A stretch of DNA of 64,000 nucleotides. Origin: Usitatibacteraceae bacterium. Its GTDB lineage: Bacteria; Pseudomonadota; Gammaproteobacteria; Burkholderiales; Usitatibacteraceae. The stretch covers positions 21,056 to 85,055 of the forward strand of contig JBGAUM010000002.1 of assembly GCA_044228625.1 (NCBI GenBank), given 5' to 3'. The notes beneath the pieces were generated by a model. The model saw only the letters and a list, made by a program, of their open reading frames with translations. It was not told the DNA's origin and searched no databases. The position numbers and the translations under genes are program-made. This document shows, one piece after another, positions 57,525 through 64,000 of this stretch (its first letter is position 1; each line of letters opens with the position of its first letter).

Positions 57525-58553
57525 ATGAAAGCCCTTGCAAAGCTGACGCCCGGACCGGGACTGACCATGACCGATGTTCCGATGCCTGAGGTCGGACACA
57601 ACGATGTCCTCATCAAGATCAAGAAGACCGCCATTTGCGGGACGGACATCCATATCTGGAAATGGGATGAATGGGCGGCAAAGACCATCCCGGTGCCGAT
57701 GCATGTCGGGCACGAGTACGTCGGCGAAATTGTCGAGATGGGCCAGGAGGTCAGGGGCTTCTCCATCGGCGACCGCGTATCCGGGGAAGGGCACATTACC
57801 TGCGGCTATTGCCGCAATTGCCGCGCCGGACGCCGGCATCTTTGCCGCAATACGACAGGCGTCGGCGTCAACCGACCCGGATGTTTCGCCGAATACCTGG
57901 TCATCCCGGCGTTCAACGCGTTCAGGATTCCGGAGTCGATCAGCGATGACCTGGCCTCCATCTTCGACCCGTACGGCAACGCGACGCACACCGCGCTTTC
58001 ATTCAACCTGGTGGGCGAAGATGTGTTGATCACCGGGGCCGGACCGATCGGCATCATGGCGGTGGCCATTGCGCGGCACGTCGGTGCGCGCCATATCGTC
58101 ATCACGGATGTAAACGACTATCGCTTGGGCCTGGCGCTGAAAATGGGGGCGACCCGTGCGGTCAATGTCACAAAGCAGTCGCTCAAGGACACCATGGGTG
58201 ATTTGGGCATGGTGGAAGGGTTTGACGTCGGCATGGAAATGTCGGGCGTGCCCTCCGCGTTCCGGGATTTGCTGCAAAACATGAATCACGGCGGCAAAGT
58301 GGCCTTGCTCGGGATTCCGCCGTCAGACACCGCTATTGACTGGAACCAGGTGATTTTCAAGGGCCTGGAGATCAAGGGGGTGTACGGGCGTGAAATGTTT
58401 GAGACCTGGTACAAAATGGTGGCCATGCTGCAAAGCGGCCTGGATCTGTCGCCCATCCTGACCCACCACTATCCGATGAATGACTTCAAGGCCGGATTTG
58501 AGACCATGCTATCCGGGCACTCCGGCAAAGTGGTTCTTGATTGGGCGGCTTGA
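57525..58553 (+). CDS. tdh: L-threonine 3-dehydrogenase
   Basis: The ATG at 57525 gives MKALAKL..., with [47 protein letters not shown] and [11 protein letters not shown]. Confidence 0.92.
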   Translation: MKALAKLTPGPGLTMTDVPMPEVGHNDVLIKIKKTAICGTDIHIWKWDEWAAKTIPVPMHVGHEYVGEIVEMGQEVRGFSIGDRVSGEGHITCGYCRNCRAGRRHLCRNTTGVGVNRPGCFAEYLVIPAFNAFRIPESISDDLASIFDPYGNATHTALSFNLVGEDVLITGAGPIGIMAVAIARHVGARHIVITDVNDYRLGLALKMGATRAVNVTKQSLKDTMGDLGMVEGFDVGMEMSGVPSAFRDLLQNMNHGGKVALLGIPPSDTAIDWNQVIFKGLEIKGVYGREMFETWYKMVAMLQSGLDLSPILTHHYPMNDFKAGFETMLSGHSGKVVLDWAA

Positions 58554-58662
58554 AGCGTGTAGCCGAAGGCGTGCGGCTTGATGCGGCGCAAAGGGGGCCG
58601 GGCACGCGTGCCGTATCCTTGCAGTAAGATTGGCACACAAAAATACGACTTTGGGAGACAAC

Positions 58663-59106
58663 ATGAACACGAAACTGCGGTTCCTTGCCGCTGGTGCGGC
58701 AGCCGTTTTTTCCATGGTTGCGGTCGCCCAGACGCCGCCGCCGGCACCTCCGACCCCGGCCACTCCCACCGCGCCCGCAGACGCATCCCCAACAGCCCCG
58801 CCCGCGCCCCCGGCCCAGGAACCCACCCAGAAAATCGGCAAGGAGACCAAACTCGCCATCGGCAAGGTATTGGACCTGGAAAAACAGGACAACGGCTGCC
58901 TGATCAATTTCAAGAACGACAAGAATCAGGAAGTCGTGGAACTGGGGTTGTCCGAATTTTGCTCAAAGAAGCCTCCCATCAAGGGCCAGACCTTGCACTT
59001 CGTCTACAAGATGCAATCGGTACTTGCCGATGAATGCCTCGGCAATCCCAAGTGCAAGAAGATGGAGGAGCGCGCCGTGATTGTGGAAGCCAACCCGCTC
59101 AAATAG
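58663..59106 (+). CDS. hypothetical secreted protein with a Pro-rich linker
   Basis: ATG at 58663 preceded by GGGAGA. Signal peptide MNTKLRFLAAGAAAVFSMVAVA, then the PPPAPPTPATPTAPADASPTAPPAPPA tract and a Cys-containing globular C-terminus. Confidence 0.55.
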   Translation: MNTKLRFLAAGAAAVFSMVAVAQTPPPAPPTPATPTAPADASPTAPPAPPAQEPTQKIGKETKLAIGKVLDLEKQDNGCLINFKNDKNQEVVELGLSEFCSKKPPIKGQTLHFVYKMQSVLADECLGNPKCKKMEERAVIVEANPLK

Positions 59107-59121
59107 CGGGCTGGCCCCAAT

Positions 59122-59859
59122 TTACCGGCTGTTGCGGGCGTTGGCGTCGCGCCGGTAGCGAGCGTATTCTTCCTCGCGCTGGCGTTGTTCGACGTAGCGT
59201 TTTTGACGATCGGTTTCGGCCCGTGCCCGCTCAACCGCACGCTGGTCTTCGTAGCGATCCCGCTGTTCCTGCCACTGGCGTGAACGTTCCTGCTGATAGG
59301 CGGAGTAGGTCGAATATGCGTCGCTGAATTGGGTGGAACGCGTTGGCGCGCGCAGCTCGGGTCGTGTGTCCTCGACAAACTGCTTGTTCTTCATTTCTGC
59401 TTGCTGTGCCTCGATTTGCGCCTGATGCGCCTTTTCCTCGGCTTCGCGCTGCGCCCGAAGCTCTTCCTGGATGCGAACGCGCTCCTGCTCGGCACGCGCC
59501 TCGGCCTCGCGCACGCGCTGTTGCTCTGCTTGCTCGGCGAGGATGCGCTCCCGCTCTTCCTGCTGGCGCGCCTGATCCCACATCCAATAGCCGCCCAGGG
59601 CGAGAACCGCAAGGCCAATCCCCAAAGCGCCGGCCACTTTGGGCGCGGAAACCAAAGCGCCGATGCCACCGCCGGTTGCTTTCGGAACAGCAAGCTCCTC
59701 GTAAGCCGCGTCCAGCCGTTGGCTCGCAATTCGCCGCTCGCTCTCCGTCAATGAAGTATCGGAGGCCACGCGCCCCAGCGCTTTCCGGTACGCACGCTGG
59801 ATTTCGGCGGCGTTGGCGCCTTTGGGCACGTCGAGTATCTGGTGGGCTTTTTGGCTCAT
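59122..59859 (-). CDS. membrane protein with an N-terminal J-like domain (no HPD motif) and a highly charged Q/E/R coiled coil
   Basis: The ATG at 59859 gives MSQKAHQILDVPKGANAAEIQRAYRKALGRVASD.. (DnaJ helix I-II pattern, HPD absent). The TM is VAGALGIGLAVLALGGYWMW, followed by QQEERERILAEQAEQQRVREAEARAEQERVRIQEELRAQREAEEK... Confidence 0.55.
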   Translation of the reverse strand: MSQKAHQILDVPKGANAAEIQRAYRKALGRVASDTSLTESERRIASQRLDAAYEELAVPKATGGGIGALVSAPKVAGALGIGLAVLALGGYWMWDQARQQEERERILAEQAEQQRVREAEARAEQERVRIQEELRAQREAEEKAHQAQIEAQQAEMKNKQFVEDTRPELRAPTRSTQFSDAYSTYSAYQQERSRQWQEQRDRYEDQRAVERARAETDRQKRYVEQRQREEEYARYRRDANARNSR

Positions 59860-59986
59860 GCTGCGGCAATCTTGGCAGTTTTGGCGGCGGATTTGGAAAT
59901 TATATGCAACCCGAGAGGTCCAAGACGGGATTTGATGCGTGTCGTGAAGAACGCGCCAAAGCTGAGAAAATGGCATTCGCGGTCCG

Positions 59987-60868
59987 ATGCCCCCACGGCC
60001 CTTTGGAATTGTTGTGTTGACGCCAAATCTTCATCGTGGCGGCCGCCTGATTTTTGATGCAGCCGGCTTTCCCCTAGACGTCGTACCTCAAGCCGATCGC
60101 AGGCTCAAGAAGCTTGCGACGGGATTGCTGCTGTCCATTGCCGCCCACCTGGTATTGCTGTGGTTCGCGCCTGCGCCAAAGACCGACATGCGCGAAAGTG
60201 CCCCGGCAACCCTTGACGTAAGCCTTCTGCCGCCGGTCAAGCCAATGCCGCAAGTGGCCCCGCCTGCCGAGCCGGAGCCCCCTCGCGTGGTTCCTCCGCA
60301 ACAGCGCCGGATCATCACCGCGCCGGCGCAAACAACCAAGACGTTTGCGGTGCCCGAACAACCGCCCGATCCGCCGCCCAAGGAAGTGCGAGCGCCTGCC
60401 CCTGATGATTTTGCGTCTGTCCTCGAAGCGCGACGCGCCCAGCGCCAGCAGCAGGAAGAGGCCATTGCGGCGATCAATGCGCAGTACCGATCGGCGGACG
60501 CTTCAAGTTCGGCATCCGATCGCGCCGCGGAGAATGCACGGCGCAATTTGGCCGCTTTGGGGAGGAGTCAGGGCGGCACCGGGGGGGTCTTTTCGATTCT
60601 CGATATTTCGCATCGCCGCGCCAGCTATGCGTTCAATGGCTGGATGCCCAACCGCACCAATGGCTGGCGCGAAGTGATCGAAGTGGAGGCCGGGCCGGAT
60701 GGCGACGTCCGCCGCGCCATCATCCGCAGCATGATTGCACTCATCCGCAAGCACTACCAAGGCAACTTCAATTGGGAATCGCACCGCATCGGGCGGGTGG
60801 TCGTGCTCTCCGCGCGGCTCGAGGACAACCAAGGCCTCGAAGACTTCATGATGCGCGAGTTCTTTTGA
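59987..60868 (+). CDS. hypothetical membrane-anchored protein with a Pro-rich spacer (TonB-like layout, non-TonB C-terminus)
   Basis: 293 aa with the TM LATGLLLSIAAHLVLLWFA and a Pro-rich region PPVKPMPQVAPPAEPEPPRVVPPQ...PPDPPPKE. I do not recognise the C-terminal domain, and the start is uncertain. Confidence 0.45.
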   Translation: MPPRPFGIVVLTPNLHRGGRLIFDAAGFPLDVVPQADRRLKKLATGLLLSIAAHLVLLWFAPAPKTDMRESAPATLDVSLLPPVKPMPQVAPPAEPEPPRVVPPQQRRIITAPAQTTKTFAVPEQPPDPPPKEVRAPAPDDFASVLEARRAQRQQQEEAIAAINAQYRSADASSSASDRAAENARRNLAALGRSQGGTGGVFSILDISHRRASYAFNGWMPNRTNGWREVIEVEAGPDGDVRRAIIRSMIALIRKHYQGNFNWESHRIGRVVVLSARLEDNQGLEDFMMREFF

Positions 60869-60889
60869 ACTTGGTGATGCCCCCGGGCA

Positions 60890-61648
60890 CTACATGTTCC
60901 TGAACAGCGCCATGTAGGGCTGGCTGACCGTCAGCGTTTCCGGCCGCTTCTTGAGCTTGAGAATGCCTTTGCCGAACTCGTCGCGCGTGATCGCCTGGAT
61001 CGCCCTGAAATTGACAATGGTGCTGCGGTGGATCTGCTTGAAATGCGCCGGGTCCAGTTCCGCCAGCAGCTCCCGGATGGGCTTGCGGATCAATGCCTCG
61101 CCTTCCGCGGTCATCACCACCGTGTACTTGTTGTCGGATTGGAAATAGAGCACGTCATCGATCATGATCAGCCGCGTGTCGCGCCCGGCACTGGCGGTGA
61201 TCCAGGTCAGCGGCTCACGTGCCGGCAGGCCCATCGCCGCTTTCAATGCGGACTGGTTGACCATGGTTGGGAGGGTGCCGCTGGACAACCGCTTTTGGAT
61301 GCGCTGAACGGTGGCTGTCAGCCGCTCCAATGTCACTGGCTTCATCAAATAATCCATGGTGCCATGCTCAAAAGCATCGATCGCGTGCTTGTCGTACGCG
61401 GTGACAAAGACGAACTCAGTGTCCGGGCTGGCCTCATGCGCTGCCGCAGCCACTTCGAGGCCGGTCAATCCCGGCATGCGGATATCCAGGAAAGCCACTG
61501 CCGGTTGGTGCGCCGCAATTTCCTCGAGGGCCGCGCCGCCGTCCGACGCCTGGGCCACGATGTCGATCTCGGGCCATGCCTGTTGCAGCAACGACATCAG
61601 CTCTGCACGCAGGAGGTCTTCATCCTCCGCAATCACGCACTTGGTCAT
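60890..61648 (-). CDS. LytR/AlgR-family response regulator (REC + LytTR)
   Basis: 252 aa with the REC motifs AEDEDLLR and FLDIRMPGLTGLE. The LytTR C-terminus has YFQSDNKYTVV...IHRSTIVN. The start overlaps the kinase stop (ATGA). Confidence 0.9.
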   Translation of the reverse strand: MTKCVIAEDEDLLRAELMSLLQQAWPEIDIVAQASDGGAALEEIAAHQPAVAFLDIRMPGLTGLEVAAAAHEASPDTEFVFVTAYDKHAIDAFEHGTMDYLMKPVTLERLTATVQRIQKRLSSGTLPTMVNQSALKAAMGLPAREPLTWITASAGRDTRLIMIDDVLYFQSDNKYTVVMTAEGEALIRKPIRELLAELDPAHFKQIHRSTIVNFRAIQAITRDEFGKGILKLKKRPETLTVSQPYMALFRNM

Positions 61649-62946
61649 GAACCTGTTTTCTCCATGGGAATCCGGACGGTGACCGTCACGCCACTCGGGT
61701 AATTGGGCGAAATCAACAGCGTTGCGGCATCGCCATGCGCGATGCGCAGACGTTCCTTGGCATTCTTGAGTCCGATCCCCGTGCCTGAGGTCGCGCCACC
61801 AAATCCCTTGCCGTCGTCCGCCACCTGAATCTCGGCAAACTCGCCCGCCGCCTTGGCGCGGATCCAGATCGTGCCGGGCCCGGGCTTCGGCTCCAATCCA
61901 TGTTTGATGGCGTTCTCCACCAGGGTTTGCAACACCATCGGAGGCAATTCGAGTTTGTGCAACGTATCAGGGACATCGATCTCGACGCGCAGGCGCTCAC
62001 CCATGCGGATTTTCATCAGTTCAAGGTACGCGTTGGCGCGCGCCAATTCGTCCGCCAAGGTCGCTGCAGTCTCCTCGGTGCGGGGCAGCGAGCATCTCAA
62101 ATACGCGATCAACTCGCCCAGCATCTTGTCAGCGCGCGCGGGGTCGCTGCGGGTGAGCAATTGGGCGTTGGCAAGGGTGTTGTACAGGAAATGCGGCTCC
62201 ACCTGTGCTTGCAGCAATGCAAGTTTGGCGTCGGCCAATTCCTTCTCGGCGGCGGTCTGCTTGGATTCCGCCATCTCCGCCCGCCGGCGTTCGGCCACGA
62301 TGCGCCCAATGGATCGCGTGAGGTTTTCGGCCGTTTCGAGATTGGCGCCGTCGTCGACCAAGAACCAATCCAGCCACGCGCCCGCGCGGGGTTCGCACAC
62401 AATGACCGCGCTGCCACAGCAATCGCCCGGCGCAATGGTGGCCTGTACCAGGTTCGCGCCGCGTCCGTCCCAACTGGTGCCGCCGCCCATGTACGGACTC
62501 CAGGTAGGAACCTCGGCGCGAATGTAGCGGGCTGCGCGGTTCGCGTCGACATGCTCGACGCGCGGCAATTCCCGGATCGCGGTCTCCACGATGTCGAATG
62601 CGATGGGTGCATCGTACGGCACTTCAATCTGGCGGCGATGGCGGTTGGCGAGGGTGGATGCGTCTGCGCGCCCGGCAATCGACTTCACGCGCCGTACATG
62701 CGTGATTCCCACACCGATGGCCACGGCGACCGACATCAAGATGAACATCAACACGATGCCCCCGAGCTTCGGGAGATTGTTGCGCGCCACAAATGCCGTC
62801 AGCGAGCCGATTGCCAGTACGGCCAATCCCCAGGCCAGCGCCAACCGCGCCACGAAAGCGGCGGCCGGGGGAATGTTTTGCGGCGAAACAGGCAAGGTGG
62901 GTGTTGACATGGTGGAATGATTTAAGGGCCACTGCAATGCGGCCAT
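61645..62946 (-). CDS. LytS-type sensor histidine kinase (His_kinase + HATPase)
   Basis: TM N-terminus, then the QVEPHFLYNTLANAQLL H-box of the LytS/YehU type, and an ATPase with NAIKHG and DDGKGFGG...GTGIGLKN. Start is ATG 62946 (GGAG upstream) or ATG 62910. Confidence 0.85.
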   Translation of the reverse strand: MAALQWPLNHSTMSTPTLPVSPQNIPPAAAFVARLALAWGLAVLAIGSLTAFVARNNLPKLGGIVLMFILMSVAVAIGVGITHVRRVKSIAGRADASTLANRHRRQIEVPYDAPIAFDIVETAIRELPRVEHVDANRAARYIRAEVPTWSPYMGGGTSWDGRGANLVQATIAPGDCCGSAVIVCEPRAGAWLDWFLVDDGANLETAENLTRSIGRIVAERRRAEMAESKQTAAEKELADAKLALLQAQVEPHFLYNTLANAQLLTRSDPARADKMLGELIAYLRCSLPRTEETAATLADELARANAYLELMKIRMGERLRVEIDVPDTLHKLELPPMVLQTLVENAIKHGLEPKPGPGTIWIRAKAAGEFAEIQVADDGKGFGGATSGTGIGLKNAKERLRIAHGDAATLLISPNYPSGVTVTVRIPMEKTGS

Positions 62947-63182
62947 CTTAGGGCGCTCCGACGGAGTCCGGGGAATTCTGCGACAAAACCCACTGTTGCC
63001 GGATGAAACGGTCATCGCCTGGCGCAAAGCCAAACCCTAGAACGGACGGGCATCTTGGGCCAAAAGTGGCTCAAATGCCGCGCCAGTCAAAGACTTTGCT
63101 TTCCTTGGCGATACAGTCTGGCACAGGACCTGTAGTTGGGAATTGCTAGAATCGCCGCCTCAATGCGCAAGGGAGCGGCAAC

Positions 63183-64000
63183 ATGAAAAGTACCCCAGTG
63201 ATTCGTTTCGTCCTCGCCGGATTGGCGGCAATGGTGCTGAGTGGCGGCGCATTAGCGCAAAAAGCCGAAACGGCCAAGCCCGCCCCGGCCGCCAAGGCCG
63301 CACCGGTGCCTGCCAAGAAGGGACCGATGCCGGCGCTACCGGAAAAGGTGACCTCCGTCGAAGGCATCAATGAGTACCGGTTGCCCAACGGCCTGCGCGT
63401 GCTGCTGTTTCCGGACCCATCCAAGCCGACCGTGACCGTGAACATCACGTATCTGGTGGGGTCGCGCCACGAGAACTATGGTGAAACCGGCATGGCCCAT
63501 TTGCTGGAGCATTTGGTCTTCAAGGGCACCCCCAAGAACCCGGACATCGACAAGCAATACAACAAACGCGGCATGCGGTTCAACGGGACGACCTGGATCG
63601 ACCGCACGAATTACTACCAACTGTTCCAGGCCAACGACGACAACCTGGATTGGGCGTTGCAGATGGAAGCCGACCGGATGATCAATTCGTTCATCTCGAA
63701 AAAGGACTTGGACTCTGAAATGACGGTCGTCCGCAATGAATATGAAATGGGCGAGAACCAGCCGGGAAATGTGCTGTTCAAGCGCATGTCGAGCGTGGCC
63801 TACGATTGGCACAACTACGGTAACTCGACCATCGGCAATCGCTCGGACATCGAAAACGTCAAGATCGAAAACCTGCAGGCGTTCTACCGGAAGTATTACC
63901 AGCCGGACAACGCAGTGCTGCTGGTGGCGGGCAAGTTTGATGAAGCGAAGACGCTCGGGTTGATCCAGAAATATTTCGCACCCATTCCGAAGCCGACGCG
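63183..64000 (+). CDS. M16-family zinc peptidase (insulinase-like), N-terminal part; continues beyond the window end
   Basis: ATG at 63183 gives signal peptide [25 protein letters not shown] and the inverted zinc motif [14 protein letters not shown] (HxxEH). It is not in the track because there is no stop in the window. Confidence 0.85.
   Translation, partial: MKSTPVIRFVLAGLAAMVLSGGALAQKAETAKPAPAAKAAPVPAKKGPMPALPEKVTSVEGINEYRLPNGLRVLLFPDPSKPTVTVNITYLVGSRHENYGETGMAHLLEHLVFKGTPKNPDIDKQYNKRGMRFNGTTWIDRTNYYQLFQANDDNLDWALQMEADRMINSFISKKDLDSEMTVVRNEYEMGENQPGNVLFKRMSSVAYDWHNYGNSTIGNRSDIENVKIENLQAFYRKYYQPDNAVLLVAGKFDEAKTLGLIQKYFAPIPKPT

Overview
Visibly GC-rich chromosomal segment that looks betaproteobacterial and Burkholderiales-like, judged from a Bug/TctC binding protein, hrcA-hemH facing nadK-recN, and glnE facing yhdP-nit. 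All calls were made by eye from the translations, with no database search. I support about 50 protein genes and recognised no rRNA, tRNA or CRISPR array.

The backbone is housekeeping: panB, hemH, hrcA, nadK, recN, glnE, yhdP-like, nitrilase-family hydrolase, ppiD, SDR, fabI, kbl-tdh, a LytS/LytTR two-component pair and an M16 peptidase.

A large Yej/Dpp-type peptide ABC locus (22.9-34.1 kb) carries four tandem paralogous binding-protein genes.

Accessory content:
- An inverted pair of structured intergenic repeats (4.2-4.8 kb).
- A decayed Rhs/WapA-type toxin C-terminal cassette with two small downstream ORFs (34.2-36.0 kb).
- A complete IS3-family element with a 3-bp target duplication (36061-37341).
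- A secreted TPR protein.
- An EptA/MCR-family phosphoethanolamine transferase.

Three conserved or large genes are disrupted: the FN3 surface protein at a G10 run, and hrcA and yhdP by short out-of-frame internal deletions. This could be real decay or consensus error.

The most interesting locus is a divergent gene pair at 46.4-50.2 kb. One gene is a SLOG-like domain fused to a four-helix (2 x 2TM, SLATT-like) membrane module. The other is a TPR + SLOG-like + class III nucleotidyl cyclase protein whose purine-specifying Lys is replaced by Asn. The pair has the generator-plus-sensor/membrane-effector logic of CBASS, Pycsar and Panoptes-type systems, but in a composition I do not know to be experimentally characterised. 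It sits in a neighbourhood rich in nucleotide second-messenger genes: a second cyclase, a GGDEF protein and a stand-alone cNMP-binding protein.
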